A stretch of DNA of 64,000 bases from Negaprion brevirostris (taxonomy: Eukaryota): positions 28,052,967 to 28,116,966 of the forward strand of contig JARDVH010000160.1 of NCBI GenBank assembly GCA_030324005.1. Direction: 5' to 3'. Position 1 is the first letter of the stretch. Every line of letters begins with the position of its first letter. The position numbers were made by a program, and so were the translations under genes. The notes below the pieces were generated by a model, which searched no databases, was not told where the DNA came from, and saw nothing but the letters and a program-made list of their open reading frames with translations. Positions 25,841 through 39,229 of the stretch are shown piece after piece.

Positions 25841-26579
25841 CCACAGACTTCTTACAACTGCAACTAAGAAAGTCAAGAGTTTTGTGAATAGGGCATGAGA
25901 AAAGGGTAATAGTATAAAAACCCCTTGTTTTAAATTTACTACAGTAAGTAGACTAGGTTAAGGTAAAGATTATAAGGTTTCTTATATAGATACAATATAC
26001 TAAGGTATTATCTCTATAACCACAATTTAACCAAGTATTTTGAAGTTAAACTGTATCCTTAATGTGTTTTGCAAACCTTGGCCAACGTGCAATCTAACTG
26101 CTCAGCATGATGGGAAATAGATACTGGGAGAGAGACCAAATTCTTTTGAGGCAATGGAGTATAGAGAGAGCAGTTCTCCCTATCAGCTTGAGTCAGGCAG
26201 CTGCAAGTTAATCAGGACTTTGGAATGTACTAGAATGTACGGGAGTGTATTAGCTCATGATTAATGAGGTTGGTACGCTTTCTCGTGCTGATAATGAGAA
26301 TTATAATTAGCAATAAACTTGGCTCCCCTTACCAATTCAAATTTGCAAATGATAACAATATTCTTGAATCTACCGGATTTATGTAGTTAGGCTTCCTAGG
26401 AATGAGGGAAGAACTTTCAGGTACAATGAATTAATGAGCTCCCAATACTGCTGACAGGTAGAGCGTTAGTGGCTAAAGCAATAATGTGTAATATTGTAAA
26501 TGAACCCTCCAGTTTGATGGATGAGCTGGGTAGGAAATTGAAGTGTTCAGAAGAGTATATCGGTCTCACACTTGTACTG

Positions 26580-26924
26580 AATTGGTAGATCCAATTCTGG
26601 TGGAAGTTATGAAATAAATGGCGGAACATTCAGGGGCATAGACAACAGAGATCTGGAAATACAGGTTCACAGATACTTGAAAGTGGCAGCACAGGTGGAA
26701 AGGATGGTGAAGAAAGCATATGGCATGCTGCCTTCATCGAACGGGGCATTGAGTATAAAAGTTGGCAAATTATATTGCAATTGTATTAAATGTTAGGCCA
26801 CGTTTGGAATACTGTGTCCACTTCTCGTCACCACACTACCAGAAGGACTTGGAGTCTTTGGAAAGAGTGCAGAAAAGGTTTACCAGGATGTTTCCTGGTA
26901 TGGAGGATATTAGCTATGAATAAA
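26580..26924 (+). mobile_element. CR1 ORF2 fragment running into N gap
   Basis: QRDLEIQVHRYLKVAAQVERMVKKAYGML...RPRLEYCVHFSSPHYQKDLESLERVQKRFTRMFPGM, read across frameshifts. Confidence 0.9.
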
Positions 26925-27029
26925 NNNNNNNNNNNNNNNNNNNNNNNNNNNNNNNNNNNNNNNNNNNNNNNNNNNNNNNNNNNNNNNNNNNNNNNNNNNN
27001 NNNNNNNNNNNNNNNNNNNNNNNNCCTGA

Positions 27030-29695
27030 ACTGCAGTGGCCAGCACCCACAAAATAACTGAGCTTCACAGTTAATAAGCATTGTAATAACTGTTTCAAAT
27101 GAAATTACTTTGCTGGGTTTTGCAGGTCAAAACCATAGCAATTTGCCATAAGTCACGTCACAGCTGGCTACTCTGCCAAGGTTCGGAACATGAACATGAA
27201 TGAACTGGAGATAAATCAAAAGAACCAAAGCACCAAGCCCCTTAAAATATTCTTCTGCAAAAGTGCTGACTTTATTTTGGGAAAAAACATATCTTCACAA
27301 TGTTAAACATTGCTCACAGCAATACGAAATTTAAAGTCAAAATCAACACCGGGGCAAAATGCAATGTTTTGTTAAGCTGCTTCTCCAGAAAATTGATCCC
27401 CTTGCTGCACTGGGTTCCACCAGCGAAGTAAATCGCTTTGCACATACCAGACTAACTATATGCACAGAAGGGATAGTCACCCTGCACTGCACTTAAGGCA
27501 CATTCCAGTTCCATGTAGTGAACCAACTTATGTTCTGTTGAACCAGAACATTAAACCACTGTTGGGTCTCCAAGATATCATTGCACTGGGGCTAATCCAC
27601 CTTGGGTCGGATATACACACCCTACATCACCATTCCCGAGAGATGCTAGAATACAAAGGCATGTTTGACTGTGATATTATTGGGAAGCTACTTGTCATAT
27701 ATCTCATGAGGTTGGTCAACGTAGTAATACCTGCTCTCTGTGCTGCAAGAAGAGAACACCTTGCCATGAAACAATAGATAATTGAGAAATTGGATAGAAT
27801 GATGAGATTGGGTGTCATAGTCCCCATAGTTTCTGTTTTGGCAACTGTGGGAAAGAGAGATGGCACAGTCAGGATCCCAGTTCACCTAAATAAAGCACTT
27901 CCAAAACTCCACTATCCCATTAAGACAGTTGAGCAGGTCATAACCAGCATGTGCGCATGCTAAAGTTTTCAGCATCCTGGATGTTGTAGAAAAATTGATA
28001 TTTAATGATTTGTTTTAGTTTAGTTTACACACAATCAAAAAATGGCAACTCCAATATAGTCTTATGCTGAATTTTGGGGGACATTCTCATCACTTGACTT
28101 GGTCATAGCATCACACTCAAACTTCACAAGGGAGAAAGAATATATGGTCTTAAGGTAGTGATGCAAGATGTCAAGGTTGGACAATTCCTGGAATGAATCT
28201 CCCCTGCAATTAAAATGATCAGCTCCATTCTTTAAATTCAAAGTCCTATTGTGTCAAGAAAAGCAAATATTAAAACATTCAGCCTTGTACATTGAATTAG
28301 TGCAGTTTAACTTGTGATGTTTAGAAGTCACTTTCTTTCACAGTAGGTAACCATCTTTGTGTACATTTAGAGTTGAGTTATGTAAGTAGCTTTTGTAACT
28401 CTAGCTCTTTTAAATTTTAGTATCAATTAGTTGAGTGTACTGTTACGTTTAGCACACATCACTTTCAAGCATTGATATATATTTTATATAGACTTTGTAA
28501 TTGCTGTAACATTTAGGTTTTATAGAACTATATAAATTTAACTGGCTTATACCAAATACCGAGAGGCAACAAAAACATACTATAGTGAAATGTAGGGCAA
28601 AGCAAACTATGTATTGGCCTTCAATGTACAGTGACATAGAGAAGTGTCCAGATGTGCATCATACAAAACGTTCAAGCTTCAACAACCCAAAGAACCACTG
28701 CACCTCCTTGAGGTCCCAGACCTTCCATGATCACTCATTGTGGCAAATATATTTGAGTGGAATGAGAGACATCTACTCTGTGTTAATTCATTCTCAGGAA
28801 TGGTATCCAGATACATCAGAGCCATGATCCCTGTCGCCGAGGCCCTGCTGCTACCCAAGTGGAAATGAATGTAAGGAGAGTCCTCATGAATTGCGACAGA
28901 GAGAAAAGATACCTTGATCCACAGACTGTGCGCTATGGAGACAGGCCACACGGTTAGAATGCAAAACATGTGGCTATGACAAACTGACAGTGGTCCGCAG
29001 CCATGCCCCCCAATCAGACAGTTACATGGTCATCTCAGATGGTACTCTGTATATCAGGAACTAGCATCATCTGTTACAGTTAGCTGAACCATCACCACCA
29101 ACTGCTGCAGAGGTTGATATACCAAGCCTACAGTCTACGGGCCCTGCACCAGCGGAGATGGAGCACCCTCTTGTTACCAATGCAACAAGTCCTGCAGCCA
29201 TCATGCATACACAAGGAACACTTGATACCACCCACCATGTGGATAATAACCCGGGTGCATTCTGACCATAGCAAACTGGTGTAATTACACACTGAGGGTG
29301 GCTGAGCAGACCAAACCCCAATCTCAAGGTCTATGTACCTTGGGTCTGTATGTGCTGTTTTTTTTAAAAAAGTGGGGTGGCAGTGGGAGAGACAAGCTTG
29401 GGCTTTGTGCCAGGGTTTGTGGCCCATGTTCATGTTCTGTGCAATTTAAATATTCAGTATTCCGTTACTGCATTCAACATTGTTCTTTTCGTGTGAGTAT
29501 GAATTGCCTCAACTAAAATGGGAATGATGTAGAATGTGTATTCATGTCTTTATCACTATGACATGTACACAGGAGGTGACGTGTTAGTCGTATAGGAGTT
29601 CCCATCAGTGTAGTTATGGGCATGGTGTGTAAGAGCTGCTGAAAATGTTATAGTAAACTGTTTAAGTTGTAATCCTTTGTCATCCTTTCTACGCA
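27030..29695 (+). mobile_element. Decayed Ty3/Gypsy (Mag-like) LTR retrotransposon
   Basis: Motifs in order: Gag knuckle remnant KHCNNCFK*NYFAGFCRS (~27076); protease VKINTGAKCNVL (27336-27371); RT LDRMMRLGVIVP, PVHLNKAL..HYPIKTVEQV and AKVFSILD; integrase KCRAKQTMYWPSMYSDIE and QQPKEPL..EVPDLP. Then a purine tract and a TGT...CA LTR candidate (29528-29695). Confidence 0.85.
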
Positions 29696-30005
29696 GGTCA
29701 GCAACTTTATAGAAAATATGCAGAGGGTAGTAGCCACACTGTGACATCAGTCAGTGGTGATGCTGCTTTGACTCTAAGGATGTCACTTCTACCTTGATAC
29801 TTTAGCTAATATCCTTTCTTAACCTTGCACGGCTAAACAGGCATTGAACAACAAGAAGGGAATAGGTTAATTGATGGTTGATTTAGAGTGCCTGTTTCTG
29901 AGCTGGTAGAAATGCTTGGATGTTTGTGTTCCTACCTGAAGTTGGTGAAATGGCTGTGGTGTGGCGTGCTGGTTTTTGTTCTGCTCAGCCCACTTGCCCC
30001 CAGTC

Positions 30006-30900
30006 ATGGAGTTTGTACCTGCCTTAGTCTGCAGCATGATAGGGAAAATGAGCAGAAGTAGAGGACCACAAAGTGGGAAGAGGAGCAGACAGGGACTCTC
30101 AGCAGGAAGCCATATTTACCTCGAGCCGGGAGGGAGCAATTCTCCTGCCTCAAGCTAAGGGAGGGGCACTGTGTGAGTCACACTGTCACTTCAACAAGGA
30201 GATCCTCACTGAAACCTGCCACCTATTTCAGGCAGAACTGCAGCTTCAGAGCAGGGTGAGGGCAGCATGCCAGTGTCTATAAAGATGACTGTGGCCATGA
30301 ACCTCTTTGTGTTGGGCTCCTTCTACACTTATACATCTTGCAGTTTGCCATCCCCTGTTATATCCAGGTAAATGCAGGCAAAGAGAGCATGCAGCATCCC
30401 TATGATGCAGGGTTCCATGGACTGCCATTCTCTGGAGTCCAATTAATATGTGACCATACATAGCATATTATCTGAGTCAGTGCCTACCATCTTGGCAACA
30501 GTCGTTATGCTTTTATTCTGCACCGGTCCACTGTACCATCAGTATTTGAACCAAGAAACCATAGGGCCTGTTCTGGTCAAAAAGGGTAACTGACCAGCTG
30601 CATCATAACTTTGCTGTGAACCCACACAAAGTTGGTAATATATATATAATATACAGTAAGAGCCATGCTGCCACATTAACTTGCTTAAGCAATGTTTGTT
30701 GTGCCTCGACTGCTCAAGAGAGCCCTGCAGTACTGTCCAATGAACCAGAATTTGTCATGATCTACTGCATCCTGCACAATCATGCCATCATGAATGAGGG
30801 CATAGCCCTTGCCAACAGCTCCATGGTAAGGAGCTGAGGAGAGGAATGAAAGGAAGAGGGGGTGGTGCAGGAAGAGGAAGGGATGAAGAATCTTTACTGG
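30006..30900 (+). pseudogene. PIF/Harbinger (HARBI1-like) DDE transposase, decayed
   Basis: Frameshifted blocks: REQFSCLKL; FNKEILTETCHLFQAELQ; IKMTVAMNLFVLGSF; PMMQGSMDC (cf. FPxVxGAIDCTH, ~30399-30425); GNSRYAFILHRS (cf. PGSxHDAFIL); FVMIYCILHNHAI (cf. CCxLHN). A purine-rich stretch encoding acidic residues follows. Confidence 0.85.
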
Positions 30901-31099
30901 TCAGATTATCTGTGACTTGCTCCCTCAGGGCTGTATCAATGATGTAGACCCCAATTCCTCTTTCAGTAACAGTCTCACTATGCTATCATAGCCACATAGT
31001 CAATATTAAAGTTACCACAAAACAATCACCCAAAACCAACTCTATCAATCAAACTATCCAATATTCCATTACAAAAGTCAACTAAACACACATATGTAT

Positions 31100-31760
31100 T
31101 TGTGCATTCTCTTTTTGCCTGGGTTCCACGTGTCTTTGTTTAACTGAGTGCTCCTACACTGTGCAGCGTGGCTGTGGATTTTCAGCGAGGGACACTGCAG
31201 ATGGTCGTGCAGGATGATCATGCACAGCTTTTCCTATAGAAGGCCCAGCCTCAGACTGCAAAACGCCATATGGAGTGTACCAGTCCAGGCTGGCTGATAG
31301 GTAACAGCAGTGGTGCGAAGATGAAGGCTGCCATCATAAGAATGGACATTTTGATTGTGCTTCCACTGCCAAGTTTCCAGGGTGGACCTCAGCAATTCTT
31401 GTGAGCTGTTGGAGGAAAGATTACTGAATTGCTATGACATCCTGCATGCTTCTTTGAGCATTGTCATCTTCTCCCATTGTGGCAGCAGTCTGAATTTGGG
31501 TAGTTCCTGTTTGTGCTGTAATGGAAGCTGAGACATTGGCCTTAGACATTGCACTATGGTTGGATCCACAAGTGCTGCTGGTTGCCACGTCCAGCTTAGA
31601 AAGGATGAGCGCCATGCTCTTCACAGAGCCTTGAGCAAGGTTAGTGCTGACTCCGCAGTGCTCCTTGATGTTGACTGTAGGTTTCCTCGCAGACTGCCAA
31701 GGCACCAAACATGCCTTCCCTGCCCTATTGAAGTCTTTGCGGAAAGGTAAATACTCACAC
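31100..31760 (-). pseudogene. Probable second (Myb/SANT-type) gene of the Harbinger element, C-terminal remnant
   Basis: Convergent with the transposase, as expected for Harbinger. ORF 31421-31708 reads VSASITAQT..IQTAATM...QRSMQDVIAIQ. The Myb domain itself was not seen. Confidence 0.4.
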
Positions 31761-32041
31761 CATCTGTAGCTTGTAATTTAGAAAACGTTGTGGTATGAGG
31801 AGAATGAATGTAAAAAGGAGGGCTACGCGTGAAGTACCATCATCTTCAAACCTTTCAACCCTGCCATTAGCCACAACCTCAATTGTGGCCATTCTAATAA
31901 TGGTGTGCTATCAGCATGAGGACTTCCCCTTTCAAGAAGGAAGAAGTTGCAATGTGCAACTGTGCCATCTTATTCTATAAGAGAGAATAAATATATCAAA
32001 GAGTTTACATGTTTGGGTGATGTGCCTATCTTTTCCAACAC

Positions 32042-32286
32042 TAGGGGGAGAAAGTTTCAGTGGAGATGTGCAGGGGGAGTTTTCTTACACAGAGAGTGGT
32101 GAGGGTCTGGTACTGCCAAGTGAGGTGGATGAGGAAGTTATGTTGGCCACGTTCAAGACCTACCTTGATAGGCATAGGAACAAATGGGGATTAGAGGGGT
32201 ATAAGCAGTTGGTTTAGATAGGTAAACGTGATTGGCACAGGCTTGGAGGGCCAAGAGGCCTGTTTCTGTGCTGAATTGTTCTCTGT
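32042..32286 (+). mobile_element. CR1 LINE 3' end
   Basis: GGAGATGTGCAGGGGGAGTTTTCTTACACAGAGAGTGGT..LATFKTYLDRH..GGCTTGGAGGGCC..GGCCTGTTTCTGTGCTG. Confidence 0.85.
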
Positions 32287-33694
32287 TACAGTAGAAGGAG
32301 TAACTGTTGCTTGCTGGCTATCTTCTGATGCATGCGTTAGCAATAAACTTCTTTTCACTCTTTAACTACATGCTGTTTTTCGTGGTCTCTGTATTGGCTG
32401 AGTTCAGCTGACTATAAGACCACCCCTCCCCACTTGATGTAGAAATTCACCCGTACTCTTATTGAAAGACAGAACAGGCATGAGGGATCGTGTGGTCCAC
32501 TTTGCTCCTATTTCTTATGTTCTTAAGTGTCAAACTTGTGAAAGCAGAGGAAACTAGTCAGCACGGTATAATGGAATATTAAAATCACATTTAATTATCG
32601 GAAAACAACAGTGCACTGCTCCCTTAAAATAAGTTGATGCATGAGCTTACTTTCATCTTTTAGATTTCAATTCATCTGAATTGTCCCTATTGTGATCAAC
32701 TTAAGTTTCCTCCAGTAGCTCATTTTACGCATAATACATTGAAAAAGGAAATTCAACATATTGTACAAGGTTGCATTTTATCTAAGCTTTATTGCATGCA
32801 GCGTGGTAATAAGATACCATGGGAATGTAACAGTGAATTTTTTACTTGGTACATTTGGGTATTATGTAGTAATTCATATGAATCCAGTTCCTTTTTAATG
32901 CAGCTAATGGAAAATCAATGGCGTATATCACAGAACACCGGACCACAAGGCCATCTTGGAACTCAGAGATGGATGGCAGCTGATAAAGTGTTCTGGTTTA
33001 AAAAAAAATTATCTAGTAATCCATTGATAAAATCTATACATTGACCAAAGCTTGCTTTCAACTTCCTTGCTGTTAAAAATTCTAGCCTCGAAATGATATT
33101 TGTTGAGTGGTTTAATTTTATATAGTGATTATTTCTAGTTGGGTTTGCACCACATTAAAAAGGCCAGACATAATTAACCTAAAATTAATCTTTTTTTCTT
33201 GTCACTTATAAATAATCACTTGTGGAATTTTTAACCTTGTAACTGATTCATTTAACAGATTTGCAGAAAATGTAGAGAAAATAAATCCAGAACTCGAATT
33301 GCTGAGATTGAAAAAAGGCTGTGGGCTAATTGATATTGGATACTGTGCATCTGTCAGGCTTTGAGAGGATTACACTAAAGCATTTTTCAGGGCTGTACCT
33401 GCATAGGTCAGACCAAAGAAAATCACCTCGCTAGTTTTAATTAGTGGGATTAAAACAGAATGCTGGCAGGGTGTTTTGTTTTGCTTTCAGAATCTGGTTA
33501 ATCCACAATGTATGTTCGAGGTGTTCTGGAGTTTTTTAATTTCCATTTTATTGCAAATGGAAATGCACTTTTTCATTTAGTGTGTGATATAAATATGTAA
33601 TAATAATATTATGCTCTGAATTTTAGCAGAAATAATTAGAAAGCTAACAAAATACAATGCTGGAAGGTGAATGTTCAATTAATTAATACATTTG

Positions 33695-33925
33695 AGGAGG
33701 CTGGATAGATGATGAGCATGTGGTTCAGAGTAATGCCGACAGCGCGGGTACGATTCCTGTTCTGGCTTAAGTAGATTTGGGACTTTCTCCCTTGCTCTGC
33801 TCGTGAGAGTAGAAGGAAATGGCAAACCACCACTGGCATAAATTGCCAAGAAAATGTCTTAGGGTGAATCAGCAGACAATGTGCCAAGGACCTGCCTTCA
33901 GGCAGAACATACAGGAAGGAAGGAA
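33695..33925 (+). mobile_element. SINE with tRNA-like head and RTE/Bov-A-like segment
   Basis: B-box-like GGGTACGATTCC followed by AGAAGGAAATGGCAAACCACCACTGGCATAAATTGCCAAGAAAA. Confidence 0.5.
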
Positions 33926-35905
33926 GACAGGACAAATATTCTTAACAAATTCAGGAACTATATATTAGTAACACTGATGAGGATACTATAGGCAGTTTTA
34001 ATGATAAATGCTGACATCAGTATTTACTAGAGAAAAAGGAGAGAGACAGAACTAGGAAAATGCAATGGGGAAAAATAAAAGGGGATTAAAAAGTTGGAAC
34101 AGGAAGAACTGTGCTGCAGTGATGAGATGTGAATGGGAAGGAAAAGTGAAAACAAAATTGGATGGGGTCCACGCCAGATTTCATTTTTGGGGATGTGGAT
34201 GCATTGGAGGGGCTTGCATCCTAATCATAAAGAAATATGTGGCCAACTAGTTAGTTTTAATACATACATCCAGGCTCCAGTTCCAAAAGGTTGGACATCC
34301 TTGATGATGTATTGCCTTATGTTAATATTTAAGTACAACATGTTGATATACTTGTGCTTCCAAACACAAGTATGTGTTAAGTTATAATTACTTAATCCTC
34401 ACATTTATTTAACTCCATTTAATTGAAATGGCTGCAAACACTTTGCTTAGTGAATTAGTTTTGACGTACAGTGACTGTTGATGTCTCAGTGGAGTCTTCT
34501 GGAGGGAAGTATGGCTAACAAGAGGTCTTTTCATATGATGCTTGAACATACATTCTGGTGAGTTAAGTAAGTGACATTAACAACATCCTTGGACATTTTC
34601 ATATGCCTCAGTAGTTTCCGTCACAAGGTCCTGACAGAATTCCTTTGGGAAGATTTTTTTTAACTGGGGAAGGGTTTTGAATTTGGCACTCTGATTGGGA
34701 TGGTGACTGCCATTTCAAACAGTGCCCATGCAAAATTCTGAGCTATTTTGTATGCCTTCTGACATTGTATTGTCTGTACTGTGATGTTACCCCGAGAATT
34801 AAAATGCCTGAGTAGCGAATCGGTTGCATTTATTTCATATTGTTGGAATGTGTTGGGAATTCACTAAAAGAAAAAAAAAATTGAAATTAGTTTACAAAAA
34901 TGTGTAAAATTCTGAAAACATTTCACATTTAAACATTTCGAGCATTTAAAACTTTCTAGTGCGTCAGATGCATCACAGGGTCTTCATCTTTTATCATCTA
35001 TTTCCCCTTGAAGTGAATTACGTTTTTGTACACTGCAACACAATGGGCCTCTGTTAGCTACAGCAAAACACTTGTCGTTCACTGTTCTAGTAGAAAATCC
35101 GTTCTGATGAATGACCTTAGTTCCATTTAATAAGTTATTAAAGGCTATAAAGCATGCTTGAATGGTGGTAGAATTCAACAGGATATCATCAATGAAAGCA
35201 GACAGTAATAACAGAATGCGACAATTGGTTAAAAGTCCTCTCTCTGTTAGAGCTTTTACACAGCTGTAATGATTAGGAGGTATACTGGGATAAATTATTT
35301 TGTTTAGGATGATAGATAATGTGGTTTTTCTAGAAATGGTTTTGACATTTTTTTTATGGTGCACCAATCCATGGTGATAATCTGATGTGCTCTTTGCTGA
35401 AATAGGAGATAGACAGTGCTGCATGCGTTAATTTACATCAGTTCCAACACGAAGCGTGCTAGAATGTTCTTACGAAGTAGATCAAATTATGTTGCAATAT
35501 AATTCTGTACTCCTGGAATTAAGTTCATTCGAGGAATGTGAGTTTTGTTGTCAGTGTTTTTCCTGGGCCAGCCAGTTCATTTAATAGCAGAAGTTTGCCC
35601 ACTGACATCAGTTGGTGAGTAAAAAACTATACATCAGGCTGATTAAAGAGTTATTCATTTTCAGCTCAAAGTGTGTTGGTGACAGAACTGTTTAGTTCGT
35701 TAGATGAAGCAGAGCAAAATAAAATCTCAGAATAAAATTCATGTTTGGAAACATCAGCGCAAGCCAAAGGGGTTCACTTAAGATTAAATATAAGAATGTC
35801 TTGCACAGATTAAATGGAAGGTTTTGTGCTGAAATATGGGACTTCAAGTTAATTTTCTGCATGTTGACTTGGCTGGCTGTCCCTTTACTACAACTTTATC
35901 CTTGT

Positions 35906-36210
35906 GGGTGGCACGGTGGCACAGTGGTTAGCACTGCTGCCTCACATCGCTGGAGGCCTGGGTTCAATTCTTGGCATGGGTCACTGCATGTGTGGAGTTT
36001 GCATGTTCTCCCTGTGACTGCATGGGAGTCCTCCGGGTGCTCTGGTTCCCTCCCACAGTCCAAAAGACTTGTTGGTTAGGTGCATTGGCCGTGTTAAATT
36101 CTCCCTTAGTGTTTCTGAACAGGTGCTGGAGTGTGGCAATTAGGGGATTTTCACAGTAATTTGATTACAGTTTTAATGTAAGGCTACTTGTGACTAATAA
36201 ATAAACTAAA
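35906..36210 (+). mobile_element. V-SINE, alternative-tail subfamily
   Basis: Full head and V-domain; tail GGATTTTCACAGTAA...CTACTTGTGACTAATAAATAAAC. Confidence 0.9.
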
Positions 36211-36289
36211 TAGTGATGGCTGATCAGTTACAACTGTTGCACATTGTGGTACAATTTGGCTCAAAATAATTTGTTTGTAATCAATTTTT

Positions 36290-36540
36290 TTAAAAATCAT
36301 TCAGGGGATGCAGGTGTTGCTGACTAGGCCAGCATTTGTTATCCATCCCTGATTACTTTTGGCAAGGTGCTGAGCTGCCTTCTTGAACCACTGTTTTCCA
36401 TCTTGTGTAAATATACCCACAGTGCTGTTAGGAAGGGAGTTCCATGATTTTGACCCGGTGACAGTGAAGGAATGGTGATATATTTCCAAGTAGCAGTGAA
36501 TAGCTTGGAGGGGAATTTCCAAGTGGTGGTATTGCCACTC
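36290..36540 (-). mobile_element. 3' end of a CR1-group LINE (same family as 37195-38360)
   Basis: Minus strand encodes HSFTVTGSKSWNSLPNSTVG...WFKKAAQHL, then the GGGATGG..AAATGCTGGCC tail. Confidence 0.85.
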
Positions 36541-36762
36541 AATTTCACTCACTAAGAATGGAAGGGACTTGATATCAAATTGTAAACAAAACAGAGTGCA
36601 AATACCAAAATATTTTTGTTCTGTGGTGCATTAATCTGAAACCATTATGGCAAAATACCAAGCACTAATATGAAGAAATAAATGTGTATTTTGTGTGTAA
36701 AATTGTTACCAAAGCAATTTTAAAAAAATTATGATGCACATTACTTAAATATACTAAATTAA

Positions 36763-36933
<171 letters not shown>

Positions 36934-37194
36934 TAGTACATAAGTGCCTCTGTCAGGTTTTATTTTACCATTGTTTTTCCCAAGCAGGTATTGTATCTGA
37001 ATGGTTACATTGATATTTTCTTCTCAAAAAGACATAAAATTTTAACACCTATTTGGCTAAATGTTATACAGTCGTTGCTGGACAACAACTGGACTCGATC
37101 AGTAAAAGAGCATTTATCAAATGCATTTAAATAAATGACTTATTTTTGACTGCACTGCAATCAAAATTACAAAACAAATCATCAGGAACATCTC

Positions 37195-38360
37195 ACAGTG
37201 AGCAGTAACCTGCTCACTGATGCTCAGTTGGGTTCTGTCAGGGCCACACAGTCCTGACCTTGGTTCAAATGTGGATAAAAAAGCTGACCGACAGAGATGA
37301 GGTGAGAGTGAGTGACTGCCCTTGATGTCAAGGCAACTTTCGACCGTGTATGGCATCGAGGAGACCCAGCAAAACTGCAGTCAATGGGAATCGAGGAAAA
37401 CTCTGCTGGCTCGAGTCATGCCTAGCACAAAAGAAGATGGTGGTGGTTTTTTGGAAGTTAACCATCTCAAATCCATGACATCATTGCAGGAGTTCATCAG
37501 ACACGTGCCCTAGACCTAATACTCTTCTGCCGTTTCATCATTGAGCTTTCTTCTGTCTTGAGATCAGAAGTGGGGATGTTCAGCACCATTGGTATTGAAG
37601 CACTCCATGTCCAAATACAGCAAGACCTGGACAATATTCAGGCTTGAGCTGCCAAGTGGCAAGTAACATTCGCACTACAACTGCCAGATAATAACTGTCT
37701 CTGACACGAGACAATCTAATCAATCTCCTTGTGACATTCAATGGCCTTACCAGCAGTGAATCACCTACAATCAACGTCCTGGGGGTTACCTTTGACAAGA
37801 AACTTAACCACTAGCCATATAAATACCATGAGTAGGTCACTTTAAGAATCCTGCGGTGAGTAACTCACCAACTGACTCTCCAAAATCTGTACAAAATCTG
37901 CAGGGCGTAAGTCAGGAATGTATGAATTCCTTGCCTGGGTAAGTGCAGCTCCAACAACACAAGAAGATTGACATCATTCAAGACAAAGCACCTGCTTGAT
38001 AGGCACCCATCCACAAACACTCATTGCCTTCATCATGATGCAGAGTAGCAGGACCAAGACTCCTTAGGCAGCACCTCCCATCTTAAAAGTACAAGAGCAG
38101 CAGATACATGGGGACACCTGGAGGTTCCTCTCCAAGCCTTTCACCATCCTAGCTTAAAATATATCAGCTGTTCCTTCACTGTCGCTGGGTCAAAATTCTG
38201 GAGCTCGCTCCCTGACAGCACTCACTCCCTCCCTACACCCCATGGACTGCAGCAGTTCAAGAAGACAGCTCACCACCACTTTCTCAAGGCCAATTTGAGA
38301 TGGGCAATAAATACTGGCCCATCCAGTAACGCCCACATCTCTTGAATGAATAAAAAAAAT
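37195..38360 (+). mobile_element. CR1-group LINE, RT-to-3'-end fragment, decayed
   Basis: RT motifs LLTDAQ.G and ALDVKATFDRVWH, a degenerate GVPQGS.LGP, and INVLGVTFD.KL. Ends GAATGAATAAAAAAAA. Confidence 0.85.
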
Positions 38361-39028
38361 GTTGAAGTTGCCATCAGATTTCCTTTTGCAGGTTGTATCA
38401 TAAGACTTTGTTAACTAGTACTTTTATCCCCCTCTATGAATGTATGGATTGTTTCGATGTTTTACTATTGAAAGATGATAGTGCTTTACAAAATAAACCT
38501 GGAATACAAGCCATTTTGTATTGTCAAATAGAACTTATGTAAATTTTGAAGAAATTAGTGTTATGCTTGGCTGTTGAGTTCAGAAAACTTCTCACCACTA
38601 CCATGCTGCTCTATTCCAAATCAATATATTTTATGCATTCGGAATACAGTAAATAGAACAAATTATACACTTAATGCGAGAAAGTAAAATCATTAAATCA
38701 TGGATAATACTATTTCGGCCATAGGGCTAAAGTTTTGCAGTATCTCTAAATGCGCAGTGCATGAGCGAAGTATTTGTCAAGCTCTCAGTTTCTTAAATAA
38801 ACCAAGAAATGTCGATATTCCTTTTGCTGTTTCCTTTCACTAACACTTCTGTGAAATATGTGCAACATGAAACCGATTTCATCCTTGTGTGGATGGAGAT
38901 ATTCAGCCAGCTGAGATGACAGTATGAGACTGATTAAATTGCAGCTGAGAGTCAACAATTTCTTTTGCATTATCAAATTGGAGTTCATCAGGAGGGTCAG
39001 GGAGAGTAAGAAAAGTATAAGCAGTTAA

Positions 39029-39229
<201 letters not shown>

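Noticed and set aside
26618-26640. ATGGCGGAACATT as a Gag start codon with an upstream PBS
   Set aside because: It fits better as CR1 ORF2 (GRSNSGGSY.INGGTFRGID.QRDL).
34984-35424. 146-aa minus-strand ORF, the longest gap-free one
   Set aside because: No recognisable domain or splice context, and its length is compatible with chance.
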